Assembly (NCBI GenBank): GCA_903851445.1
Contig: CAINOH010000024.1
Location: forward strand, 82,080-146,079
Direction of reading: 5' to 3'
Length of the DNA: 64,000 bases
DNA from: an uncultured Candidatus Micrarchaeota archaeon
Lineage (GTDB): Archaea > Micrarchaeota > Micrarchaeia > Norongarragalinales > CAINOH01
Shown: positions 55,701 to 63,850 of the stretch, piece by piece
Layout: the number at the start of each line of letters is the position of its first letter
Position numbering within the stretch: position 1 is the stretch's first letter
Program-made: the position numbers and the translations under genes
Notes under the pieces: model-generated
The model's database searches: none
Told to the model about the DNA's origin: nothing
What the model saw: only the letters and a program-made list of their open reading frames with translations

Positions 55701-57872
55701 CGCGACATTGCAGCCCTGGAAGGCGAGCTGAACTCTATTTTCAAGCAGGAAAAAGAACTCAACGAGCGCATCCCGACCCTTGACGCGCTCATCCTGGACA
55801 CCAAGGAGCGCATGATAGAGCTTTCGGGCCAGATGCGCAACGTGCGCGAAGTCGGCGAGAGCACCTCAATCGGCGCAGTTCTTGCAATGAGGCAGAAGGA
55901 ACCCGGAATATTCGGAACTGTTGACCAGCTTTGCAAGTACGAAAGCGAGTTTGCAGTGCCAATACAGGTAGCATTCGGCAACAGGATGAACTACGTGGTT
56001 GTTGAGAACTCCCAAATCGCCACCATGGCAATAGAGTATTTGCGCCGCGAAAAACTTGGCCGCGTCTCATTCATACCGCTTGACAAGATTCACGCTCCGC
56101 CGATTACCGGCTCGGACCGCGAGCTTGCAAAGCACAAGGCAAGCCAGGGGTTTTTGATTGAGAAGCTTGACTTCGACCCGCAGCTCAAGCGCGCGTTCGA
56201 GTACGTCTGCGGGAACACGATTGTGACTGACAATATACGCGACTCCAGGGAATTGGTCGGAAAGATACGCTTCGTGACCAGGGACGGCGACCTGGGTGAA
56301 TCATCGGGATTGCTCACCGGAGGCGGCAAGGTGGCTGCCAAGGTCAACCTCATCAAAGTGCAGGCGGAATATGATGAGTTCTCCAAGAAGAACGTTGATG
56401 CAAAGTCGGAGAAGGATTCTGCAATACGCAGCCTGCAGACGATCCAGCTGCAGATGCACGAGCTTCGCAGGAAAAAATCCGAGCTCGAGCTCAAGCAGAA
56501 GGCAATCAAGATGGAGCTTGACGACTGCGACAGGCGCGAACAGGAGCAGGACGAGCGCACCTCCAACCTCAAGGCCGCAATAAAGGGTTTGGAGAAGGAG
56601 ATAAGCAAGGCCGACGAAGAGGCCGCTGCAAAGGACGAGGAGCGCGGCGTGCTCATACGCAGGCTTTCCGAGCTTAACATGGTGCTTTTGGAGAACAAGC
56701 AGAAAGTGGACGTTGAGAAGGAAAAGAACTTCGGCCTGATCCTCAAGGAGAAGGAGCGCAAGATTAGCGACCTGAAGATTTCGCTTTCGGACGTCTCAAA
56801 CAGGCTTGCTTCCCTTGACTCGCAGCGCACGGTCTATGAAAAGCAGCACAAGGACTACCGTAAGCAGCTTGACGAGATTGCGGAGGAGAGGCAGTCCGCA
56901 AAGCACGCAATCGACGAAGCTGACAAGCTTTTGAAGATTTCGCGCGAGGAAGTCGAAAAGAAGCTTGCGGAGCAGCGCGAGATTGCGGGCGCCTTGAAGG
57001 GGCTTTACGACAAGCGCGACGGGCTGGAAAAGGAAGTGCAGACTCTGGGCAACAAGAAAGGCAGGCTTGAGCTTGAGCGCGAAAAGATACAGCTTGGGGT
57101 GCACGACAAGGAACTCAAGCGCGGAACGCTCGAAGTCAAGCTTTCGGCTGTTCAGGCGGACTTGGCGGCATTCGGAGAAGCGGCAATACTCGAAAACGCA
57201 AAGAAGGATGACCTGGATGCAAAGAAGCACGAGCTCGAGCCGCAGGTCGTCTCGCTGTCAACGCGCGTGAACATGCTTGCAATCGACGCGTTCTCAAAAC
57301 GGCTTGCCGAGTTCGAGGAACAGAAGGCGAACGTGGCGCAGCTTTCCAAGGAAAAGGAATCCGTCTATATGCTCATCACCGAGATAGAGGGCCGCAAGGT
57401 CGCAACTTTCATGAACGCGTTCAACTTCGTCAACGACAACTTCTTCAAATTGTTCTCGCAGATTTTCCGCGGAAACGGCAGGCTCATACTTGAGAACGCG
57501 GAGAACCCGTTCGAAGGCGGGCTCACCATCGAGGTCGCCCTTGACAACAAGGAAGTCAAGTACCTCGAGCTTATGAGCGGCGGCGAGAAGTCGCTCGTCG
57601 CGCTCATATTCCTTTTCGCCCTGCAGGCGTACAACCCGTCTAGCGTGTACATCCTTGACGAGGCCGACTCCGCGCTTGACCAGGAGAACAGCCGCAAGCT
57701 CGCCCTGCTTGTGAGCGAGCTTTCCAAGAAGTCCCAGTTCCTGCTTATTTCGCACAACCAGGCGGTGTACAAGAGCGCCCAGTGCCTTGTCGGGATTACG
57801 ATGACCAAGGAAGGCAGCAAGGTAGTCGAGGTCAAGCTGCACGAGAAGGAAGAAGGCATAACGGTGGCGTGA
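52707..57872 (+). CDS. smc: SMC chromosome-segregation ATPase, interrupted by an intein in the Walker A motif
   Basis: MFIKNLSLKNFKSF...IVGPNGSGK[intein]SNVIDAVQFVFGE, long coiled coils, a hinge (...VENSQIATMAIEYLRREKLGRVSFIPLD), LSGGEKSL (signature) and VYILDEAD (Walker B). About 1159 aa without the intein. Confidence 0.9.
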   Translation: MFIKNLSLKNFKSFKNNTIRFERGFNAIVGPNGSGKSVRGDTKVLLSNGSVKPISEIVESGLNKASSLIELDDGVMTLENPSDLKVVGLDTATMRAVTRPVSAFIRRKGEPFLYDIRTASGKNVVATGCHPVMVFKDGTVKSDLVGNMKVGDLLATPRSLKIENKPSPVLLGQGFVLENDSDHWLVSSSTNSRYLRHPVRVPKQCDEDFARFIGYLVGDGYIAHNRCELINSDERIIKDFVSLGKKYFNTEDCYCKKTGKATRVIFFNSLFSLVLSDVYAKPVSELRSAGKTVPGFIQQSGDRVVANFLAALFDCDATVSSRTPEFQHVTKSEELADQVQTLLLRFGIHSVKKRVMKCATNTLAKTRRAYFSVSVYGKGDLSKILSHIPFKQELKRSRLLAHSLKESAANPNVDVLPMQVNYLIREAVQNLGICYKPLRSEYPRLAAYMESRCNPTNEGVRQLLPVFEEKMSQLALMQSSLMEDSDSLLASLDAMNIPHQRASESIDLNKGAIAVWMYCGFSPRPQNLHKLYLFVNNELERRMRRSSTLISQLRTICSSDIFWDKIVSIEKTSAEEWVYDLTVPGCENFVANGLFVHNSNVIDAVQFVFGENRVRALRAKKIGDLIFTNAKIGEVELELMDDSGNVVHKITRAIRNDGKTKYRLDGKTTKKYVIEDFLAANRMSSHNIIQQGQVQQIVEMSSKDRRGLIDAIANVSEYEDKKREAISKLESVQQKLREAASILAEREGYMTQLKQEKDEAEMYVRLKKELESVKATLLSLTANELQADFDAVVTAMLESSGKMENIAGEIMQLEQKITDANNGKQKVDEEIFKRSEGKQVELQKHIDELNSNITISKALIKEKNEFLNKSDEKKRVIELDVMKASDEVKGFASQISQLEDDHKSMKKMYEDEKADYDKALSDNNSFTNQFYSAKKAMDDAQNEMLATKEKLNLIQAEASMIREKQKLKMDELDRLRQGKFDDFTEKKRNLHEASKEYQRDIAALEGELNSIFKQEKELNERIPTLDALILDTKERMIELSGQMRNVREVGESTSIGAVLAMRQKEPGIFGTVDQLCKYESEFAVPIQVAFGNRMNYVVVENSQIATMAIEYLRREKLGRVSFIPLDKIHAPPITGSDRELAKHKASQGFLIEKLDFDPQLKRAFEYVCGNTIVTDNIRDSRELVGKIRFVTRDGDLGESSGLLTGGGKVAAKVNLIKVQAEYDEFSKKNVDAKSEKDSAIRSLQTIQLQMHELRRKKSELELKQKAIKMELDDCDRREQEQDERTSNLKAAIKGLEKEISKADEEAAAKDEERGVLIRRLSELNMVLLENKQKVDVEKEKNFGLILKEKERKISDLKISLSDVSNRLASLDSQRTVYEKQHKDYRKQLDEIAEERQSAKHAIDEADKLLKISREEVEKKLAEQREIAGALKGLYDKRDGLEKEVQTLGNKKGRLELEREKIQLGVHDKELKRGTLEVKLSAVQADLAAFGEAAILENAKKDDLDAKKHELEPQVVSLSTRVNMLAIDAFSKRLAEFEEQKANVAQLSKEKESVYMLITEIEGRKVATFMNAFNFVNDNFFKLFSQIFRGNGRLILENAENPFEGGLTIEVALDNKEVKYLELMSGGEKSLVALIFLFALQAYNPSSVYILDEADSALDQENSRKLALLVSELSKKSQFLLISHNQAVYKSAQCLVGITMTKEGSKVVEVKLHEKEEGITVA
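52815..54500 (+). mobile_element. intein (562 aa) with LAGLIDADG homing-endonuclease domain
   Basis: Starts S-VRGDTKVLLSNGSVKPISEIV (block A). ATGCHPVMV (block B, TxxH). FIGYLVGDGYI and FLAALFDCDATV (two LAGLIDADG motifs). VYDLTVPGCENFVANGLFVHN|S (blocks F/G, terminal HN, +1 Ser). Excision restores GPNGSGKSN. Confidence 0.85.
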
Positions 57873-57873
57873 A

Positions 57874-58389
57874 GTGAAACTACCTGCCCTTGAAAAAGAG
57901 CCGGCCGCAACCAAATACAAGATACCGCACAAGTACCTGCATCCTGAAGTGCAGGCTGAAATAGCCAAACTACATTCTATGAGGAAGTTACGACTCGCAC
58001 AGGCCATCTCATTTAGCCCGATGACGGGGTATGCAATCCCGATTGCAAGCAAAGTGTACGTGCCGCTGCTTTCGAGTTACTTGCACAACTTGGACAGCCC
58101 GTTGATTATGGTCGGCGCGGCTTTAACGGGTTCTCCAGTCGGATACGCAATCGGCTCTGGACCCGTTGCCGAGCAGACGAGGAAAGTCGGGGAAGCGGTG
58201 TCAAAGCACGGGTTTCTTGCGGAGAACGTTCCCCACAGGTTCGAAAAACTCGTAACACTAATCCAGATGAAAAAGACGCACCCTGCGTTTTACGTGGACA
58301 CGTTCAAGAATATAGTGCTGGTGCCGAGGACCAGATGGGAAAGCATCGCGCAGAAAACCAGCATCGGAAGGAAACGAGTCACTTATTAG
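57874..58389 (+). CDS. hypothetical protein
   Basis: 171 aa with a GTG start 1 nt after the smc stop. No recognised motif. It fills the whole gap between smc and scpA. Confidence 0.45.
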   Translation: MKLPALEKEPAATKYKIPHKYLHPEVQAEIAKLHSMRKLRLAQAISFSPMTGYAIPIASKVYVPLLSSYLHNLDSPLIMVGAALTGSPVGYAIGSGPVAEQTRKVGEAVSKHGFLAENVPHRFEKLVTLIQMKKTHPAFYVDTFKNIVLVPRTRWESIAQKTSIGRKRVTY

Positions 58390-58409
58390 AAACATAACCA
58401 ATTAGCGGC

Positions 58410-59180
58410 TTATTCTATCTCAACAAGAGTGGCTTCTACCTTTTCGCCTTCCTTGGCCTCAGCGCCTTCTGCCGCTTCAGCTTCCTTCGGAGCGACCAAA
58501 GCCTGCGCTGCCCTCCAGGCTTCCTCTTCGATGTACTTGATGAAGATTTCGCCGAACAGGTCGTCCTGCCACATCAGGAGGCGGCCGTCCTGCACCAGGT
58601 GCAGTAGCGGGAGCATGTTGCGCGCGATTTCGTCGTTGTTGTTCTTGTAAAGCATGCTTGTGAAAGTGAGAACGCCTTCGGAGTCCTTGAGGTTTCCCGC
58701 CTTGATGTAGAAACGGGCGATGATTTCGTGCATGTCCTCCTTTGGAAGCTCGACAGTAAGCTCAACAGGAGCTGCGTGCGACCGCGGCCTGATGCGTCCT
58801 GCGCCCATCACCTGCTCGACTGCGTGCATTAGCTCGTCAAGGGTCACGCGGCGGCTCTTGGGGATGTTCGGCCTGAACACCAGGTCGGGAAGCTCCTCGT
58901 CAACAAGAGGCCGGATTTCCTCCTCAACTGTCGCCTGCTCGTCGGAAAATACCTGCTCGAGCTTGAGCGACTCGGCCTTGAAGTGAAGGAGAAGCGCGGA
59001 TGCGAGGATTACGTTTGCGGGCATGCGCAGGTCAAGCGCCTGCAACTCGCGCACCTTCGCAAGGTACACGTCGGCAAGCGCGGCGACGTCGATGTCCCAC
59101 GGGTCCATCTGGTGGGTGGAGATCAACTCCACTAGGAACTCGCGCCAGGTGGGCTGGACTACCATGTTGAGGATGTCCAT
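58410..59180 (-). CDS. scpA: segregation and condensation protein A (kleisin)
   Basis: WREFLVELISTHQMDPWDIDVAALADVYLAKVRELQALDLRMPANVILASALLLHFKA is the typical ScpA N-terminus. Confidence 0.75.
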   Translation of the reverse strand: MDILNMVVQPTWREFLVELISTHQMDPWDIDVAALADVYLAKVRELQALDLRMPANVILASALLLHFKAESLKLEQVFSDEQATVEEEIRPLVDEELPDLVFRPNIPKSRRVTLDELMHAVEQVMGAGRIRPRSHAAPVELTVELPKEDMHEIIARFYIKAGNLKDSEGVLTFTSMLYKNNNDEIARNMLPLLHLVQDGRLLMWQDDLFGEIFIKYIEEEAWRAAQALVAPKEAEAAEGAEAKEGEKVEATLVEIE

Positions 59181-59285
59181 TGGTAACTTGCCTCGAATAT
59201 GACTCTCGCAGGCTTCTTGCCTGTTTGTGGGTTAAGAATCAGTAATTGCGGGGCGGCATTTAAAGGTTGCGGAAAGCAATTGCGC

Positions 59286-59789
59286 CTAGCTTAGGCCGCA
59301 AATTGACTCTGCTTTGTCGCGCATGTTGGTGGTCACGGAACCGACCACGACATAATAGTTTGGGTCTGTCCCATTGAAGCATACCGCCACGGTTGTAGAA
59401 ACTTTCACGTTAGCTATTATCGAAGAGTTAGTCACTTCAAGGGCCGAACCTGAATTAGGGCCGCAGAGGACCGAATCAGCACAGATGAAAATGACGTTCG
59501 AGGTGGAAATGGGTGTCCTGCCTATTGCGTCACGTTGGTAAATCAGGTCGCCGGGGTTAAACTCCACGTAATTGTGTAATTCCATCCCATAGCCATTCTG
59601 ATAGACACGCATTAAAAGATCGGGAATCGCGTCCTTTGCATAGACTCCAAAATGGCGGGGAAAAAACACGCTCTGAATAATAGGATCAACAATCCAGCCT
59701 GCACAGAAGAGTATGAAGCCAATCACTATCAGCCAACCTGCAATCTTGAACCATTTCCAGCAGTTGGCCTCCGCCTGTTCCAAGTCCAT
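59286..59789 (-). CDS. N-terminally anchored extracellular protein (hypothetical)
   Basis: From ATG 59789: MDLEQAEANCWKWFKIAGWLIVIGFILFCAGWIV, then a soluble domain. Confidence 0.45.
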   Translation of the reverse strand: MDLEQAEANCWKWFKIAGWLIVIGFILFCAGWIVDPIIQSVFFPRHFGVYAKDAIPDLLMRVYQNGYGMELHNYVEFNPGDLIYQRDAIGRTPISTSNVIFICADSVLCGPNSGSALEVTNSSIIANVKVSTTVAVCFNGTDPNYYVVVGSVTTNMRDKAESICGLS

Positions 59790-59825
59790 ATAATCCACCA
59801 GTAGTTTTCCCTTTTTATTATCTCT

Positions 59826-60884
59826 TTGCTTGACATCTTTGCGATGCACCAATTGAAAATTGAAATGTCTAAAGCTAGCCTGACTACTTACGGAGTGACC
59901 CACGCAGTAGTGGACGCCGCTTCAGCTGCTACAGTAATGTCAGCTGCTTTCCTAGGTGTTGACGCAGCTGCACTTGCATTCCTAATTCTACTATATGACG
60001 TAATCGCTTTCGCGTTCCAAGCGCCCATTGGCCTTCTTTGCGACCGCTTCAAACTCCCAAAGCGGGTGGCGCTTGCAGGAATAATCTTGACCGGCCTGGC
60101 AGTTTTCTTGCTTCAATACAACCCGGTCGCGGCAATATGCCTTGTCGGCTTGGGAAACGCATTGTTCCACGTTGGCGCAGGAAGCGCCGTGCTGCAAGCA
60201 TACAAAGGAAAAGCAAGCGGGCCGGGGCTGTTTGTCGCGCCCGGCGCAATAGGCCTCGCCCTCGGCACAATCATTGGAAAAACTGGCTTGATTTCACCAA
60301 TCCCATTTGGCCTTGCACTGGCCATATGCGCGTTTTTTGTCTTGCGCACGCCAAACATCGAGAACGCAAAAAGGAAGGCCAGAATGTTTTTGGACATAAA
60401 GCCATTCTATTCAATGCTGTTTCTTCTCCTGCTTTCGGTTGCCATCCGCGCGTTCCTTGGCTTTGCAATAGCGATGCCGTGGAAGTCTGACGCAGCGCTT
60501 ATGTGGGCGCTTGTGCTGTCGATTGCCGCAGGAAAGGCGCTTGGAGGAATTGTCGCTGACCGGTTCGGTTGGATGAAAACCTCAGTCGCATCCCTGGTGG
60601 TTTCAGCGCCGCTGCTTGCATTTGCATCAACCTCGCCTGCAGCGGGCATAATCGGATTCCTACTCTTTAACATGACAATGCCGATAACATTGGTCGCCTT
60701 GTTCAAGCTAATGCCCGGATTGCCGGGATTCTCGTTCGGGCTGGCCTGCCTGGGCCTTATCATCGGCAGCTTGGTGGCATTCTCAGGAACACTGGCTGGA
60801 CTCGGGTCGTCCGCTTTCTACGCATTGTGCACCCTTGCTTCAGCAGGGGCGTTGACAGTCGCTCTTAAAACGCTTAAAGAATAA
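59826..60884 (+). CDS. MFS-like polytopic transporter
   Basis: About 10-12 TM helices. PIGLLCDRFKLPKR resembles MFS motif A. Start uncertain (TTG 59826, ATG 59844 or ATG 59865). Confidence 0.5.
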   Translation: MLDIFAMHQLKIEMSKASLTTYGVTHAVVDAASAATVMSAAFLGVDAAALAFLILLYDVIAFAFQAPIGLLCDRFKLPKRVALAGIILTGLAVFLLQYNPVAAICLVGLGNALFHVGAGSAVLQAYKGKASGPGLFVAPGAIGLALGTIIGKTGLISPIPFGLALAICAFFVLRTPNIENAKRKARMFLDIKPFYSMLFLLLLSVAIRAFLGFAIAMPWKSDAALMWALVLSIAAGKALGGIVADRFGWMKTSVASLVVSAPLLAFASTSPAAGIIGFLLFNMTMPITLVALFKLMPGLPGFSFGLACLGLIIGSLVAFSGTLAGLGSSAFYALCTLASAGALTVALKTLKE

Positions 60885-60908
60885 GGTTATGCAGGAGGGA
60901 ATAGGAAA

Positions 60909-61103
60909 GTGAAAAAGACCGGAATCACAATCGTCGCTGCTTTAGCCTTGCTTGCGCCTTTTGCCAAGGCGGATGTGATAGGGCCTGGAATTACCACGTT
61001 TGCCGGAGGCGGCTTGATAATTCTTGCAGGCGCCGCAGCAGTCATTCTTATAGTTGCCATCATAGCCATCAAGTTACTTCGCTGGTATAATGCCAATAAA
61101 TAG
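60909..61103 (+). CDS. small secreted/membrane peptide (signal peptide plus one TM)
   Basis: VKKTGITIVAALALLAPFAKA|DVIGPGITTFAGGGLIILAGAAAVILIVAIIAIKLLRWYNANK. GTG start. Overlaps the next ORF by 14 nt. Confidence 0.45.
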   Translation: MKKTGITIVAALALLAPFAKADVIGPGITTFAGGGLIILAGAAAVILIVAIIAIKLLRWYNANK

Positions 61104-61422
61104 CTTCCTTGAGTCGTTCATCCTCACTGAGATTATAGAGTTACCTGTCGCTTACGCTGCCGGCCTGCGCACTAAAATCGGGCTATTGACTTTGGCAGTT
61201 GCGAATTTGGCTACGAACCCGCTTCTGAATCTCATAGTCGCATTCATTGCCAGCCAACAAGCTCATACTCCCGGACTGGAAATCATCATTCCTCTTGAGT
61301 GCCTGGTTGTACTCGCGGAATTCGCAATACTCTATTACGTGCTGGGTGGAGATAAACGCAAATTGCTTCTAATCTCGATTATCGCAAACGCAGCATCCTT
61401 CGGCATCGGGCTTTTGCTTTAA
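61090..61422 (+). CDS. small 3-4 TM membrane protein (hypothetical)
   Basis: 110 aa, hydrophobic. Translationally coupled to the preceding ORF. Confidence 0.45.
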   Translation: MPINSFLESFILTEIIELPVAYAAGLRTKIGLLTLAVANLATNPLLNLIVAFIASQQAHTPGLEIIIPLECLVVLAEFAILYYVLGGDKRKLLLISIIANAASFGIGLLL

Positions 61423-61498
61423 CCAGACACCCAAAGCATCGTTTTTATTCAAGCCGCAAGTAATTGGTATGGACAGAATCCATTCGGTGAAATGACCT

Positions 61499-62197
61499 TT
61501 GAACAGGACCAAGACAGGCATCCCGGGGCTTGACGAGCTTATTGAGGGCGGCTTTCCGGAAAGCTCCAGCATACTCCTTGCGGGCTCCTCGGGAACCGGC
61601 AAGACGATTTTCGGCCTTGAATACCTCTACAGGGGCGCGATGGACTACGACGAGCCGGGAATGTACGCCACCCTGGAGGAAGGGCCGCAGAACCTGTGGT
61701 GGAACATGCAGCGCTTCCACTGGAACTTCCTGCCATTGCAGAAGGACAACAAGATTCAGATACTCAAGTTCGACCCGCGTCCGGACGACACGGACATGGA
61801 CGCCCAGCTTTCCAAGATAGTTGAGAAGGCGCACGAGATGGGCGCAAAGAGGCTGGTCGTCGACTCGATTACCGCATTGATGTTCTGGACCGAGCGCTCG
61901 GAAAGGGTGCGCTATTCGGTGTACAACCTTATTGACCAGCTCCGCTCAATCAACTGCACTACCGTGCTCACCTGCGAGACTACGGGCGGAAAGTCGAACA
62001 TTTCGCGCTTTGGCGTAGAGGAGTTCCTGACGGACGGGGTGATACAGCTTTTCTTCAACCCGCCCAACCGGGCCGCGTTCATAAGGAAGATGCGCGGCAC
62101 AGACCACTCCAAGAAAATCCACCCGTTTGCAATAGACGAGAATGGCGTTTCCATTGACCCTCGGGAAGAGATTCTCTGGGAGAGCATTAAAGACTGA
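61499..62197 (+). CDS. single-domain KaiC/RadA-like (RecA-superfamily) ATPase
   Basis: TGIPGLDELIEGGFPESSSILLAGSSGTGKT (Walker A) and RLVVDSI (Walker B). 232 aa, TTG start. Confidence 0.75.
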   Translation: MNRTKTGIPGLDELIEGGFPESSSILLAGSSGTGKTIFGLEYLYRGAMDYDEPGMYATLEEGPQNLWWNMQRFHWNFLPLQKDNKIQILKFDPRPDDTDMDAQLSKIVEKAHEMGAKRLVVDSITALMFWTERSERVRYSVYNLIDQLRSINCTTVLTCETTGGKSNISRFGVEEFLTDGVIQLFFNPPNRAAFIRKMRGTDHSKKIHPFAIDENGVSIDPREEILWESIKD

Positions 62198-62216
62198 AAA
62201 GACGGTGATTGTGTAA

Positions 62217-62411
62217 ATGATGAAGAACATCCTGAAGCTGACGGTATCAATAGTGCTGATCCTTGCAGGCATCCTGCTGCTTTTGAAGGAATTCGGCGTA
62301 ATCGACGCGGACATAGTCAAGTTCTGGCCGGCTGTGCTTGTAATCATCGGTGTCGTGATGCTTTACGAGTACTTTTCGGACAGGCGCGCGCCAAGCAACG
62401 GGCTGTTCTAG
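62217..62411 (+). CDS. small 2-TM membrane protein (LiaF-N/DUF5668-like)
   Basis: MMKNILKLTVSIVLILAGILLLLKEFGVIDADIVKFWPAVLVIIGVVMLY. Confidence 0.45.
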   Translation: MMKNILKLTVSIVLILAGILLLLKEFGVIDADIVKFWPAVLVIIGVVMLYEYFSDRRAPSNGLF

Positions 62412-62464
62412 GCCGCAAGACCGTCTAGGAAACTAGGTTAAACATAGGAATGCCTTGTGTGATT

Positions 62465-63850
62465 ATGGAAAAGAGGCGCGGCCAGGGTTCGACTGAGTAC
62501 TTAGTTATTTTGGGCGCGGTTTTGCTAATTTCCATGGTTACCGTAATCATGGTTGGCGGCTCCCAGTCAAGTGGTATTTCGGTAAAGGAGCAGCAGTCGC
62601 AGTCGTATTGGAAGAGTGGGGCGACTCCGTTCTCGATTTCGACGGTTAAAGTGACTAATAGTAGTGTTGCGTTGTCTGTTTCGAATGCGTTGATTGAGCC
62701 GATTTACCTCACTGCTGTTGAGGTAGAGGATGATTCTGGTAACAACGCGACCATAATGACCCCTAACCAAATGTTCAACGCGGGGGAGCAAATAGACCTA
62801 TCGAATTACTCGTTCTCAGATTCAAGCAATCCGTGTGTTGGCAAGGCAGCAGGGAGCGAGTTCGAGTTCAAGGTAGTGTCATTTATTTACACGCAGGGTT
62901 CAATTTCCGGCATCCGCCAGCAGGGAACGCAGCCGCTGGTAGGCACGTGTTCAGCGCTACCGCTACCGTACGTGGTGGCCACCATCTCAGTCGGTACTTA
63001 TGCCCATGGTGTGGCTGTCACGCCCGACGGCGCGTACGCCTACATCACGAATGAGGGCAGCCACACGGTTTCGGTCATCGCTACAGCCAGTAACACGGTC
63101 GCGGATACAATCCAAGTCGGAAGTTATCTCCATGGCGTGGCTATCGCGCCCGATGGCGCGTACGCCTACGTCGCGAATGGGAACGACGCGGTTTCGGTTA
63201 TTAATACGTCAGATAACACGGTTGTGACAAACATCACAGTTGACTCTGGACCCCATAGTATAGCGGTCACGCCCGACAGCGCATACGCCTATGTCACGAA
63301 TTCAGGTGGAAACTCGGTTTCGGTCATCAATACATCCGATAACACGGTAATTGCCGCTATTCCAGTCGGAAACTCTCCCCACGGTGTGGCTGTCACGCCT
63401 GACAGTGCATATGTCTATGTCACGAACTATGACGGCATAGTTTCGGTCATTTCTACGGCTAGTAACACTGTTGTAAACAGCATCACAGTAGAAGGTATAC
63501 TTCACGGTGTGGCAGTCACGCCCGACGGCGCCTATGCTTACGTCACGGATGAACACGATTACAAGGTTTCGGTCATCGCTACAGCCAGTAACACGGTCGT
63601 AACAAACATCACAGTCGACTCTAGACCCCACGCGGTGGCTGTCACGCCTAGTGGCGCGTACATCTACGTAGCGAATGCGAACGACGGCACGGTTTCAATC
63701 ATCGCTACAGCCAGTAACACGGTCGTGGGTACAATCCAAGTCGGAACCTCTCCTCATGGTTTGGCAGTCACGCCCAACGGCGTGTACGTCTACGTAGCGA
63801 ATGCGAACGACAACACGGTTTCAGTCATTGACACGGGCACGTATCACTAA
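62465..63850 (+). CDS. class III (type IV pilin-like) signal peptide protein fused to a 7-bladed YVTN beta-propeller
   Basis: MEKRRG|QGSTEYLVILGAVLLISMVTVIMV has a basic N-terminus, G-1/Q+1, E+5 and a hydrophobic helix. A ~130-aa pilin-like domain follows, then seven ~42-aa repeats (PHGVAVTPDGAYAYVTN..NTVSVI.T..NTV...I.V). Confidence 0.75.
   Translation: MEKRRGQGSTEYLVILGAVLLISMVTVIMVGGSQSSGISVKEQQSQSYWKSGATPFSISTVKVTNSSVALSVSNALIEPIYLTAVEVEDDSGNNATIMTPNQMFNAGEQIDLSNYSFSDSSNPCVGKAAGSEFEFKVVSFIYTQGSISGIRQQGTQPLVGTCSALPLPYVVATISVGTYAHGVAVTPDGAYAYITNEGSHTVSVIATASNTVADTIQVGSYLHGVAIAPDGAYAYVANGNDAVSVINTSDNTVVTNITVDSGPHSIAVTPDSAYAYVTNSGGNSVSVINTSDNTVIAAIPVGNSPHGVAVTPDSAYVYVTNYDGIVSVISTASNTVVNSITVEGILHGVAVTPDGAYAYVTDEHDYKVSVIATASNTVVTNITVDSRPHAVAVTPSGAYIYVANANDGTVSIIATASNTVVGTIQVGTSPHGLAVTPNGVYVYVANANDNTVSVIDTGTYH
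62984..63847 (+). repeat. seven tandem ~126-nt coding repeats (YVTN beta-propeller blades)
   Basis: Periodicity is visible in both DNA and protein. The 27-nt string tcatcgctacagccagtaacacggtcg occurs identically at 63075, 63573 and 63699. Confidence 0.85.

Noticed and set aside
54440-58052. Series of 140-250-aa minus-strand ORFs (54440-54889, 54633-55241, 54950-55414, 55496-55981, 56090-56830, 56796-57230, 57294-58052, 57365-57910)
   Set aside because: All are antisense to the smc coiled-coil region. The biased Lys/Glu/Leu codons there leave the opposite strand free of stops. The translations are Ser/Leu/Phe-rich low complexity.
62984-63847. Regular ~126-nt DNA periodicity, checked as a possible CRISPR-like array
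   Set aside because: The units are contiguous and in frame, with no unique spacers, and they translate to YVTN propeller blades. This is a coding tandem repeat.
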